Assembly (NCBI GenBank): GCA_035560235.1 | Contig: DATMAG010000040.1 | Coordinates: 1,461 to 65,460, forward strand | Source: Blastocatellia bacterium | GTDB lineage: Bacteria > Acidobacteriota > Blastocatellia > RBC074 | Direction: 5' to 3' | Length of the DNA stretch: 64,000 bases | Shown: positions 1 through 9,186 of the stretch, one piece after another | Layout: the number at the start of each line of letters is the position of its first letter | Numbering within the stretch: the stretch's first letter is position 1 | Program-made: the position numbers and the translations under genes | Notes under the pieces: model-generated | What the model was told of the DNA's origin: nothing | The model's database searches: none | What the model saw: only the letters and a program-made list of their open reading frames with translations

Positions 1-1038
1 AGCACCAGCACCGCAATTCCGGCCACGCGCCAGACGTAGCGGCGACGTTCGGTCTGCATCGTTGCCCGATACGCGAGCAGCGTGAGGGCGAGCATTGAAA
101 ACACAAATGAAATCCAGCTTCCGCGCGCATAGGTCAGAATCAGCGCGACTGTGCCGAGCCCCGTCGCACCTCCAAGCAGCAGCCGTTCCCACCCTCGCAG
201 ACTTTTCAATTGCAGGACGAGCGGCGCAATCAGCAGCGGCAGAAATGACACGAGATACCATCCGAAGGCATTCGCCATCGTCAGCAGCCCGGCCACGCGC
301 GAGACATCGCCGTCGGCAATCTTCTGCACCCGGTCTTCAGCGATTGCGCCGAGAATGCTCCAGTCAGTGGCGAACCCGAACTGATACTGCAGCAGCCCGA
401 TCACCCCGCTGCCTCCGACCGCCAGCGCCGTCGCCAGCACGGCCTGCCGCAACGCTTCGCGCTCGCTGAAGCAGACAGCAGCCGTGTAACAGATCAGCCC
501 CGATGTCAGCACGCCCAGCAGCGCATACAGACCGAGCATCTGTTCGCTCCCATAAAGAACCGAGATCGCGCACCAGATGACCAGCGCGCCAAAGGTCAGC
601 GCGAAGCCCGTCGGAATGATTCTTTCGCGCTCCCGCTGCTGCCGGTTCCCAATCTGACGCACGAGCACGAGCGTGAGCGCGAGCAGCAGCGCGAGTGAGA
701 GATTGAGTCCCGCCGGTTCAGCGTGAGTCCTGCGTTCAGCGAAGAAGTTGATTTCGAGGCGGAAGGAGAAGCAGAAGATCAGCGCCAGTCGCAACACCGG
801 CACGAGCGGCAGCCGCAGCCAGTTCCAGACCCCTGCTCCGAGCAGCCCGCAGACCGCGAGCGCCGACAGCATCAGCCACGCGCCCGGCAGCGTCATCAGC
901 AGCGCCAGACTCGCGCCCAGCCCGAGCGCCAGCAGCAGGCAGATGAATGTGGCAGCGATCCGGCGACTGATCAGCGCGCGGCGCGCGCGGCGCTGAGTCA
1001 GCAGAGGATTATGCTGCGCCCCGATGGTCTGCCCGAAA
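1..1038 (-). CDS. O-antigen ligase / Wzy-type polysaccharide polymerase family integral membrane protein (3' end runs off window start)
   Basis: Translating the minus strand gives a multi-pass hydrophobic protein, LLALGLGASLALLMTLPGAW...LTYARGSWISFVFSMLALTLLAY, with a Wzy_C-like RGSW motif. A GTG start lies at 1038, about 50 nt downstream of the sugar-transferase stop. It is absent from the ORF track because its stop lies outside the window. Confidence 0.55.
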
Positions 1039-1086
1039 CTGCTCACTCGTTACTGCTCCACTTCACTGGACAATCAGGGCTGTTTT

Positions 1087-2502
1087 TCACATGGCTCCGT
1101 CGCCGCGAATCACGGCGGGGATGGTTTTGAAGAGAATCTTGAAATCGAGGGCGAGGGACCAGTTGTCAATGTAATCAAGATCCTGCTGAATCCACTGCTC
1201 AAAGGTGGTGTTGCTGCGGCCCGAAACCTGCCAGATGCAGGTGATGCCCGGACGCACGCTGAAGCGGCGATTGAACCAGAATTCATCGAACCGCTCGAAG
1301 TCGCGCACCGACATCGGGCGCGGGCCGACCAGCGACAGATCGCCCTTCAGGACGTTGTAGAGCTGCGGCAGTTCATCGAGGCTGGTCTTGCGCAGAAAGC
1401 TGCCGATGGGCGTCAGGCGCGGATCCTTTCTGATCTTGAAGACCGGCCCCTGCGCTTCGTTGAGGTGTTCAATCTCGGTCAGACGCTCTTCGGCATCAAC
1501 GACCATCGTGCGAAACTTGTACATCCTGAAGCGCCGCTTGTTGAAGCCGACCCGCTCCTGCGTGAAGATCGCCGGGCCGGGCGAAGTCAGTCTGACGGCG
1601 ACGGCAATGGCGGCCAGCACCGGCGAGAGCAGCACGAGCAGCGCTGCCGAGCCGATCACATCAACCAGCCGCTTGACGGCCAGCTTCCAGTCAGTGCGCG
1701 GACTCATATAAAGCGTCAGCACCGGAATCTCATCGAACTGTTCGGCCACCGACCGCGCCAGCCGCCGGTTGAAGAGATCAGAGTGAATCCGCACCATCAC
1801 GCCCTGATCCTCGGCCAGCCGCACGATCCGCGCAATCTCCTGATAGTAGGATTTGACCGGCAGCGTGATGATGATTTCATCCACCACATTGCCGGCCAGA
1901 AATTCAGGCATCGCCTCGAGCGGGCCGAGCAGCTTCAGGCGCTCGTCTGCCGGAGCAACGTTGTCGAAGAAACCAAGCAGGCGATAGCCGAGTTCAGGAT
2001 GCTTCTCGAATCGTTCGGCCATCTGCTGCCCGCGCGGCCCGACCCCGGCAATCAGCACGTAACGCGGATTCAGCCCGCGCCGACGGAAGTGGCCGAGAAC
2101 GACGCGCCGGGCCAGCCGCAGCAGAAAGAGCAGTTCAAAAGCGGTCAGCCAGAAACCAGCCAGCATCGTCCGGTCAACTTCAGGCCAGCGCGCGATCACG
2201 GCCACGAAGGTCAGCGCGACGGCGGTGTAACTGACGGCCTTGAAAACATCGAGCAGTTCATCGTGCCACCGCGCCAGCCGCCGCGACCGATAGAGCCAGA
2301 GCGTCGAAAGAAAGACGTACCAGCAGACGAGCAGCAGCACGAAAAATGCCACGTCCGCTGTGCTGAGGCTGCGCAGCTTCGCGCCGACCGATTCCGGCAG
2401 GTGTCCGGCCCAGACAAACGACAACCCGAAAGCGACGACCAGCAGAAACAGATCGAGCAGCTTTTGCGTGCGCGTCAGGGCTGACCAGCGGGTTGAAGTC
2501 AT
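1087..2502 (-). CDS. Exopolysaccharide polyprenyl-phosphate glycosylphosphotransferase (initiating bacterial sugar transferase, WbaP/EpsB-like)
   Basis: The N-terminus has several TM segments. The C-terminal bacterial sugar transferase domain reads ...DELPQLYNVLKGDLSLVGPRP...GITCIWQVSGRS. Confidence 0.9.
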   Translation of the reverse strand: MTSTRWSALTRTQKLLDLFLLVVAFGLSFVWAGHLPESVGAKLRSLSTADVAFFVLLLVCWYVFLSTLWLYRSRRLARWHDELLDVFKAVSYTAVALTFVAVIARWPEVDRTMLAGFWLTAFELLFLLRLARRVVLGHFRRRGLNPRYVLIAGVGPRGQQMAERFEKHPELGYRLLGFFDNVAPADERLKLLGPLEAMPEFLAGNVVDEIIITLPVKSYYQEIARIVRLAEDQGVMVRIHSDLFNRRLARSVAEQFDEIPVLTLYMSPRTDWKLAVKRLVDVIGSAALLVLLSPVLAAIAVAVRLTSPGPAIFTQERVGFNKRRFRMYKFRTMVVDAEERLTEIEHLNEAQGPVFKIRKDPRLTPIGSFLRKTSLDELPQLYNVLKGDLSLVGPRPMSVRDFERFDEFWFNRRFSVRPGITCIWQVSGRSNTTFEQWIQQDLDYIDNWSLALDFKILFKTIPAVIRGDGAM

Positions 2503-2526
2503 GCTTCCAGCTCTCCGATAAAATTC

Positions 2527-3780
2527 TTACTTCCGGCGCCGATTCAGAACGACTCCGAGGACATTTGCTCTGGCATTCTGCAATGCAGCGCGCGCAGCGG
2601 CAAGAGCGTGACAGCGCGTCTCGTCCTGCTGCGCGACCAGGATCACTCCGTCAACCTGCGAAGCCAGCAGCGCCGTGTCAGGATTGGCGGTCACTGCCGG
2701 AGCGTCAATCAGGACGAAATCGAACCGCGACTTGAGCATCGCAATCATCGTCCGCGTGTCACAGACGCGCAGCAGTTCGCTGAGCGTCACCGCGCCCTGC
2801 GTCGTCGCAATCTCGCGCAGGTTCGGCAGCGCAGTCCGGCGCAGCGCCAGCTGATAATTATCCGGGTCAGGTGCCCCCTGGCCGTGCGCTTCAGTTGATG
2901 ATCCGTCAAGTTCAAAGCGCGCCACGCTGATCTTGTCGAACTCGGCCAGCAGCAGGCTCAGATTGCGCGCCACAAAACTGCCGCCATCGCCCGATTCAAC
3001 ACCGCACACCAGAATGACCTGCAGCTGCTGCGACTCAGCCGCGAGCAGCAGCGAACTGCGCAGGCGTCTGAATTCGTCGCGCACATTTTCAGGCAGCGTG
3101 CTGACGACGAGCGATTGCGACGGAGCGTGAACGAGCGCCGTGACCGGGCTGACCGGTTCATTCAGCTCGATGTCCAGAATCTGTTCGTCAGCAGTTTCAG
3201 GCGCGACGGTCAGCGGTGGCGCGACTGCGGACTCAACCGACAGCACATCCTCATCCAGCACCGTCTCTGCTTCAGTTTCAATCACAGGTCTGCTGTCCGG
3301 TTCAGTCACCGGCTCAGGAGCTTCAGGAATGATGCAGACTTCCGGCAGCGCCTCCAGCGGTCGAGGCGCGCAGGATTCAGAAACCAGGGCGGCTTCTGCA
3401 GCAGGACTGACTTCAGGCAGAGTCTCAAATGCGGATGGCCGCGCGTCACAGTTCGGCTGCGCGACTGCTGACTCCCACAACTGATTGAGCGGATCTGATT
3501 CAGACCAGGCAAGGCCGACAGCGGCGGGTTCGACGACCGGCGCGGCAAATTCAGGATCGAGGACCTGACCGTTTTCGAGATCGCCTGCGACGGCATAAGC
3601 GACCTGGTGTTCAGCGTGGCTGTGCTGACTGACGGCTTCGCCCGGAACCGCTTCCGTCAAAGCCTGCGGCTCGTCGAAGGCATTCTCGAAGTTGTAGAAC
3701 TGAAGAAAGCTGCTGACGTAATCATTTGCTCTGTCAGTCGAGCGACCGGACTTCTGCATCGCTTCAAAAACTCTCGCCAT
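2527..3780 (-). CDS. BY-kinase (CpsD/CapB/Wzc cytoplasmic domain)-like P-loop protein with degenerate Walker A and A' motifs and a long acidic Pro/Glu-rich N-terminal region
   Basis: The C-terminal MinD/ParA-like fold has Walker B FVLIDAPAV and DGVILVAQQDETR. The P-loop reads CGVESGDGGSF where a BY-kinase has GEGK(S/T), and A' reads RFELDGS where DxD is expected. The start is set at 3780 (MARVFEAMQKS, with RBS GGGAGA 7 nt upstream) rather than the track ORF start at 3873. Confidence 0.6.
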   Translation of the reverse strand: MARVFEAMQKSGRSTDRANDYVSSFLQFYNFENAFDEPQALTEAVPGEAVSQHSHAEHQVAYAVAGDLENGQVLDPEFAAPVVEPAAVGLAWSESDPLNQLWESAVAQPNCDARPSAFETLPEVSPAAEAALVSESCAPRPLEALPEVCIIPEAPEPVTEPDSRPVIETEAETVLDEDVLSVESAVAPPLTVAPETADEQILDIELNEPVSPVTALVHAPSQSLVVSTLPENVRDEFRRLRSSLLLAAESQQLQVILVCGVESGDGGSFVARNLSLLLAEFDKISVARFELDGSSTEAHGQGAPDPDNYQLALRRTALPNLREIATTQGAVTLSELLRVCDTRTMIAMLKSRFDFVLIDAPAVTANPDTALLASQVDGVILVAQQDETRCHALAAARAALQNARANVLGVVLNRRRK

Positions 3781-3869
3781 ATGTTGTCTCCCCGTTTCGC
3801 GGCACGTTCCTGTGCGCCTGATTCGCTGTGGGCTGGTTGTCTCAGTGGTTGTTTCGTTCGCACTGCCGG

Positions 3870-5390
3870 TCACTGCGCTTCGGAAATCGAAGCGAGGACT
3901 TCGAGGCCGAAGTTCCGGCGCACGCTCTCAGCGCTGCGCACAGTCGGATTGATTCGTTCGACCGCGAGCGCGCCGGTCACGGCGGCGAGCAGTCCGACCG
4001 CAGCAAAGACCATCAGATTGAGTATCGGTTTCGGACTGATCGGCTTGTAATTCGGGCTGGCGGCATCGGCCAGACTGATGTTGGCCACTTTTTCCTGCGT
4101 CAGCGCGTTGGCAATCTCGGCTTCCTGCGATTTCCTGTGATAGAGCAGCCAGGCCTCTTCGTTGACCGTCTTCTGTCGTTCGAGTTCATTCTTCTCGTAA
4201 GCCTTCTGATCGAGTTCGATCACCCGCGCCTGGTACTGCGCGGCCAGCGCGCTCAGGCTCCGTTCGCGCTCGCGCAGCGCCATCAGATTGGCCTGCGCGC
4301 TGAGCAGGTCGTTGATCAGGCGGCGATGCACGTCATTGAGCGCGACCGATCTTTCCTGCGGCGGAGTTTTCTCCTCGCGTTCGATCACCTCGCGGGTCTG
4401 CGCGATGCGCTGCTCGATGTCCTTCACCAGGCGGTGATCGGATCTGTATTTCTGAAGCAGTTGTGTGCGCTGCAGTTCAAGCTGCATCAGCTCGTCCTTC
4501 ATCCGGTCGAGCGCCTGGACGTATTTTGTGGTGGTGCCGGTTTCGATGCGTTCGGGCTGCGTGGCCAGCTGCGCCTTGAGCGCGGTGATGCGCTGCTCGG
4601 TTTCGAGAATCTCGGTGCGCGTGGTGTTGGCCTGGCTCTGCGTCTGGTAAAACTGCTGCATCAGCAGATCCTTCTGCACGGCGACCGCCGCGACGCCGTT
4701 TTTCGCGTCAAACTGCTTGAGCGCTTCAGTCGCATCTTCGAGCCTGCCCCTGAATGAATCGGCCTGCTGTTTGAAGACCAGCGCGGCCTGGGAGTTCTGG
4801 CGCAGCCGCAGGTGCTGATCGGAATATTTCTGGTAGAGCGTATTGAGCAGCCGCGCGGCGCGCTCGGGGTCGGAATCGCGATAAGTCACCTTGATGATGC
4901 GTGATTTTTTGACCGAGACGACTTCGAGCGATTCGCTGACGCTGCGCACGGCGCGTTCAATCGGCGTCGGTTCAGTCTGATTGTGCAGCGAGCGGTAAAA
5001 ATCGGCGGCGCGTGATTTCAGCTCGGCCAGCAGGCCGCGCGGCGCCCTCCCGTGATCGAGGCCGAGTTCTTTGACGACGGCTTCGAGCACCTGGCGGCTC
5101 TGGATGATTTCGATTTCTGAATTGAACTCCTCGTCGCTGATCTCGGTGCGGGGATTTTCGGCGCGCGCTTCGCCCGGACTGACCTGCGGATCGGCGCGTT
5201 CGCGTGAGACGAGAATCTTCATCGAAGATTCAAACGTCGGCGTCATCAGCACCGTGACCATCGTGCCCGCAACCATGACGGCCAGAAAGATTGTCACGAC
5301 CAGCCATTTGCGCGCCCACAGCACCGTAACCAGGTCGCGCGTCAAACTCTCCAGTCCGCCTGTCTGATTCTGATTCGTGTTCTCCATCAT
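3870..5390 (-). CDS. Polysaccharide chain-length determinant / polysaccharide co-polymerase (Wzz/GumC, PEP-CTERM-locus type)
   Basis: An N-terminal TM (WLVVTIFLAVMVAGTMVTVL) is followed by a long coiled-coil periplasmic region and a C-terminal TM (ILNLMVFAAVGLLAAVTGALAV). This is the typical PCP2 architecture without a fused kinase. Confidence 0.8.
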   Translation of the reverse strand: MMENTNQNQTGGLESLTRDLVTVLWARKWLVVTIFLAVMVAGTMVTVLMTPTFESSMKILVSRERADPQVSPGEARAENPRTEISDEEFNSEIEIIQSRQVLEAVVKELGLDHGRAPRGLLAELKSRAADFYRSLHNQTEPTPIERAVRSVSESLEVVSVKKSRIIKVTYRDSDPERAARLLNTLYQKYSDQHLRLRQNSQAALVFKQQADSFRGRLEDATEALKQFDAKNGVAAVAVQKDLLMQQFYQTQSQANTTRTEILETEQRITALKAQLATQPERIETGTTTKYVQALDRMKDELMQLELQRTQLLQKYRSDHRLVKDIEQRIAQTREVIEREEKTPPQERSVALNDVHRRLINDLLSAQANLMALRERERSLSALAAQYQARVIELDQKAYEKNELERQKTVNEEAWLLYHRKSQEAEIANALTQEKVANISLADAASPNYKPISPKPILNLMVFAAVGLLAAVTGALAVERINPTVRSAESVRRNFGLEVLASISEAQ

Positions 5391-5409
5391 TCCACTCTTT
5401 CAGCTCCGG

Positions 5410-6099
5410 TCAGCGGATCGTGAACCCCGGCATGGCGAACCGGAAAGCTTCGACCATCTGATTGAACTTCGACAGCTTCGAATCCGGCACAAAGACGTAA
5501 TCGCCGTCCTGCAACTCGTTCTCCTGCCCTGATCCCTGCGCGCTGAGCAGCTGCTTGAGATCAACTACCGTGACCTTCAGTTCCCGCTCGCCCACCGGAC
5601 GCGCGTGCAGCACGGTTTTGCGGCTCGCCTCTCTGGTGAAACCGCCCGCGACGATGACGGCCTGCAGCACGGTCTGCGCCGCACGCAGTTCATAGCTGCC
5701 CGGCTTCTGCACCTGACCGCCGACGAAGACGCGCGGCGCGACGAATTCAAGCAGGCTGACCGAGACTTCAGGCCGCAGCAGCTGCTCGTTGTAAGCCTCT
5801 TCAACCGCCTTTTTCAGTTCGGTGATCGTCAGCCCCTCAGCCCTCAGATCACCGATCATCTGCAGGCTGATGAAACCGTCAGGCCGGACGACGACCGAGG
5901 GTTCACTGAGTTCAGGCTGGTACAGGAATTTGATGCTCAGCTTGTCGCCCTTGTGAATCCGGTAAGCGGCGCTGCGCGGGCGCGACTGAGCCGCTTCTGA
6001 CTGCGTTTGTGCAGGTCCCGTTCCGATCATCAGCAGCAGCACAGGCAGAACGAGCGCCACCTGCTGAAACAATCTGAAGCAACACTTCACCGACATCAC
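5410..6099 (-). CDS. wza: Polysaccharide export outer-membrane protein Wza-like (Poly_export + SLBB domains)
   Basis: It has a signal peptide. The motifs YRIHKGDKLSIKF...PDGFISLQMIGDLRAEGLTITEL and GGQVQKPGSYEL... are typical of Wza/GumB. Confidence 0.85.
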   Translation of the reverse strand: MMSVKCCFRLFQQVALVLPVLLLMIGTGPAQTQSEAAQSRPRSAAYRIHKGDKLSIKFLYQPELSEPSVVVRPDGFISLQMIGDLRAEGLTITELKKAVEEAYNEQLLRPEVSVSLLEFVAPRVFVGGQVQKPGSYELRAAQTVLQAVIVAGGFTREASRKTVLHARPVGERELKVTVVDLKQLLSAQGSGQENELQDGDYVFVPDSKLSKFNQMVEAFRFAMPGFTIR

Positions 6100-6364
6100 A
6101 TCCTCGTGAATCAGAAAGGGGTTGTTTGATTGTCAGGCTGACTGGCTGCAAAGGTTGGGCCGATGGGCAGCCATCCGGATCCGGGGCGACATTCTAAAAT
6201 CAACCGGAGAGATTATCTACAAAAACTTTTCACTGACCTGTGATGAGTGAGTGATTAAATCTCTTCGGGAAGAATGACGTAATTTGTCAGATCGCACTTC
6301 GCACAGTCAGAATAAGTGTCACAGCCGGGATGAACCGATCCGGCACAGCTCAATAGACTGCGGA

Positions 6365-8926
6365 ATGATGACGACACGCGAAACGATTCTGAGCCTGCTT
6401 GATGACGCTCTGGCGCGCGGCAGCGAAACCGCTGTCGCGGCGCGACACGGGCTGCGTGTGGCCGCGTGGTCTTATGAAAGGCTCGCCACGACTGCCTTTC
6501 AGTTTGCGCGCGAGCTTGAGGCGCGCGGAATCGGCCAGAATGACCGGGTGCTGCTGCAGGCCGAAAACAGCGGCGAGTGGATTGCAGCCTTCTTCGGCTG
6601 CCTGCTGCGCGGCGTTGTAGTCGTTCCGCTCGACGTGCAGAGCGCGCCTGATTTCGCCGCCCGCGTGCAGCAGCAGGTCGCAGCGAAACTGCTCCTTGCC
6701 GGTGATGGCATTCATCATTTCAACGGCTCGCCACCATCGCTGCCGCTCAGTCAATTGAGCCGACTTGTCGCACCTCATTCGACCTCGCGTTATCAGTCTC
6801 AGGGCATCGGCCCGGATCACCTGGCTGAAGTCATCTTCACTTCGGGCACGACTGCCGAACCGAAAGGCGTCTGTCTGACGCACCGCAATCTGCTCGCCAA
6901 CCTCACGCCGCTCGAACGCGAAATCAGCAGATACCTGAAGTGGGAACGCCTCGTTCATCCGCTCCGCTTTCTGAACCTCGTGCCGCTCAGTCACGTCTTT
7001 GGGCAGTTTATGGGCATCTTCGTCCCGCAACTGCTCGGCGGCGAGGTTTACTTTCAGGGTTCGCTCAATCCGGCTGAGATCATTGACACAGTCCGGCGGC
7101 ATCGCCTCTCGGTCATCGTCGCCGTGCCGCGACAGCTCGAAACGCTGCGCGACAAAATCGAACGCGATGAAGCAGCGCGCAACCGGAGCAGACAGTTTCA
7201 GGAGGCTCTCGCCAGGGCTGAAAATTCGCACTGGCTCAGACGCTGGTGGCTCTTTCGCCGGATTCATCGCCGCTTCGGCTGGAAGTTCTGGGCCTTTGTG
7301 GCAGGCGGCGCGACGCTCAACGCCGAGACTGAAAATTTCTGGCAGCGGCTGGGCTTCGCTGTCGTGCAGGGTTACGGGATGACTGAAACCGCGTCGCTCA
7401 TCAGCGTCAATCATCCCTTCCGGCTGAGTCGCGGTTCGATTGGCAAAACGCTGCCGGGCCAGGAAGTGAAGCTGAGCGAGAGCGGCGAAATCATGGTGCG
7501 CGGCGGCAATGTCGCTGCCGGTTACTGGCAGGGCGGCGTCAGACCGCTTGCGGATGCCGAAGGCTGGCTGCGCACGGGCGATGTCGGTGAAATGGATACG
7601 GCGGGAAATCTGTTCTTCAAAGGACGCAGCCGCGATGTCATTATCACTGCCGCCGGGCTGAACGTCTTTCCCGAAGACCTCGAAGCCGCGCTCGAAGCGC
7701 AGCCCGAAATTCGCGCGAGCGCCGTCATCGGCATCGAGACGCCGCAGGGGCCTGAACCATTCGCCTTTCTGATTCCCCGCGATTCGCACGCCACGCCTGA
7801 AACGATTGCTGCTGCAGTCAGTCGCGCCAATCGTGCGCTCGCGCCGCATCAGCAGATTCGCCATCACGCCCTTTGGCCCGAAGCTGACTTTCCGCGAACT
7901 TCAACACAGAAGATTCGCAAGGGCGAAGTGAAGGCAAAATTCGATGCGATTATGCAGCGACGCGGTAACGCAGCAGGCAACGGCGCATCGGTCATCGGTT
8001 CGGTGATTGCGAGCGTCAGCGGCATTGCGCCCGGTGAACTGAAAGCAACGGCGAATCTCTCAACCGATCTGAAGCTGGATTCGCTGGGCCGCGTCGAACT
8101 GCTCAGCGCGCTCGAAGACCGCTATCAGGTGCAGATTGATGAAGCGGCAATTACAGCGGCGACGACCGTGGCCGATCTGGAAAGAATCATTGCTGAAGGG
8201 TCAGGCGCAGCGACGGCGCAGTATCCGTATCCGCGCTGGTCGCAGCGCTTCCCGGTCACCTGGCTCAGAGTAACGGTGTTTTATCTGCTCCTGCTGCCGC
8301 TCACGCGACTGATGGCGTGGCCGCGCGTGCGTGGCAAAGAGCATTTAAGAAACCTGCGTGGGCCGGTGCTGTTCATTTCAAATCACGTGACGATGACTGA
8401 TCAGTCGCTGATTCAGGCGGCGCTGCCCGGCAGGTTCAGGCGACGACTGGCGATAGCGATGGAAGGCGAGCGGCTGCACGGTTACAGGCATCCGCCGGAG
8501 CATCTCGCCTGGTTCACGCGACTGCGTCTGAAGCTTCAGTATGCGCTGCTCGTCGCGCTGCTGAATGTCTTTCCGCTGCCGCAGCAGAGCGGCTTTCGGC
8601 GCAGCTTCGCCTTTCTGGGTGAAACGATGGATCGCGGCTGGAGCGTGCTGGTCTTTCCTGAAGGTCGCAGAACTGAAAACGGACGAATGGCGCCGTTCAG
8701 ATCGGGTATCGGCCTGCTGGCCACAAGCGTTGAAGCGCCGGTCGTGCCGGTCAGAATTGACGGACTGTTTGAGCTGAAACAGCGGCGGCAGTATTTCGCG
8801 CGTCCGGGCAGCGTCACCGTCACCTTTGGCGAGCCGCTGCGGTTTGCTTCCGGCGAGGATGCAGCCGCAGTCGCACAGCAACTGGCCGAGCGTGTGGCTT
8901 CGCTCGCCGCACCGGCAGAGTCATAG
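6365..8926 (+). CDS. Tri-domain fusion: fatty-acyl-AMP ligase (AMP-binding) - acyl carrier protein - PlsC-type lysophospholipid acyltransferase
   Basis: AMP-binding motifs are TSGTTAEPKGV, GYGMTETAS and TGDVGEMDTAGNLFFKGRSRDVI, plus the A10 lysine PRTSTQKIRKGE. The PP-binding serine sits in DLKLDSLGRVELLSALE. The acyltransferase HX4D is ISNHVTMTDQ and motif III is VFPEGRRTENG. The start is taken at the MMTTRE ATG (6365); the track ORF begins at 6284. Confidence 0.85.
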   Translation: MMTTRETILSLLDDALARGSETAVAARHGLRVAAWSYERLATTAFQFARELEARGIGQNDRVLLQAENSGEWIAAFFGCLLRGVVVVPLDVQSAPDFAARVQQQVAAKLLLAGDGIHHFNGSPPSLPLSQLSRLVAPHSTSRYQSQGIGPDHLAEVIFTSGTTAEPKGVCLTHRNLLANLTPLEREISRYLKWERLVHPLRFLNLVPLSHVFGQFMGIFVPQLLGGEVYFQGSLNPAEIIDTVRRHRLSVIVAVPRQLETLRDKIERDEAARNRSRQFQEALARAENSHWLRRWWLFRRIHRRFGWKFWAFVAGGATLNAETENFWQRLGFAVVQGYGMTETASLISVNHPFRLSRGSIGKTLPGQEVKLSESGEIMVRGGNVAAGYWQGGVRPLADAEGWLRTGDVGEMDTAGNLFFKGRSRDVIITAAGLNVFPEDLEAALEAQPEIRASAVIGIETPQGPEPFAFLIPRDSHATPETIAAAVSRANRALAPHQQIRHHALWPEADFPRTSTQKIRKGEVKAKFDAIMQRRGNAAGNGASVIGSVIASVSGIAPGELKATANLSTDLKLDSLGRVELLSALEDRYQVQIDEAAITAATTVADLERIIAEGSGAATAQYPYPRWSQRFPVTWLRVTVFYLLLLPLTRLMAWPRVRGKEHLRNLRGPVLFISNHVTMTDQSLIQAALPGRFRRRLAIAMEGERLHGYRHPPEHLAWFTRLRLKLQYALLVALLNVFPLPQQSGFRRSFAFLGETMDRGWSVLVFPEGRRTENGRMAPFRSGIGLLATSVEAPVVPVRIDGLFELKQRRQYFARPGSVTVTFGEPLRFASGEDAAAVAQQLAERVASLAAPAES

Positions 8927-8992
8927 TGAAGCGAGCCGACTACCGCATACAGGCAGTGTTGTCGCCATTCGTCAGCGTGGATTCGGCCATCA

Positions 8993-9186
8993 GTCGCCCG
9001 TCGGCAACCAGAATGCCATCTGAAACCAGGATGCCGTCCGACACCAGAATGCCATCGCAGAACAGAATGCCGTCGGTGAAAAGGATCCCGTCGCCAAGCA
9101 GCAGCGAATTGTTCATCAGAACTTTGCCGTTACCTAGGACTGTTCCGTCAGCCACCAGAATGCCGTCACCGACGAGAATCCCGCTC
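8993..9186. repeat. 18-nt tandem DNA repeats encoding (G/S)DGIL(V/F) hexapeptide repeats at the C-terminus of the S8 protease
   Basis: Units accagaatgccatc / accaggatgccgtc / aacagaatgccgtc recur with an 18-nt period. The protein tail reads GDGILFTDGILFCDGILVSDGILVSDGILVADG. The mirror-image plus-strand ORF shows RMPS repeats. Confidence 0.65.

Noticed and set aside
95-1130. Plus-strand ORFs 95-469, 151-384 and 723-1130 at the window start
   Set aside because: They are Arg/Ala/Pro-rich low-complexity translations opposite a coherent multi-TM Wzy/ligase-like reading frame on the minus strand.
3828-4757. 309-aa plus-strand ORF
   Set aside because: It is antisense to the PCP (Wzz/GumC) gene. 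The PCP frame has TM anchors and a coiled-coil periplasmic domain, and the antisense frame has none.
6350-7867. 505-aa minus-strand ORF antisense to the AMP-ligase/ACP/acyltransferase gene
   Set aside because: It is low-complexity Arg/Ala-rich and has no domain. It is a typical GC-rich shadow ORF. The plus-strand gene has clear catalytic motifs.
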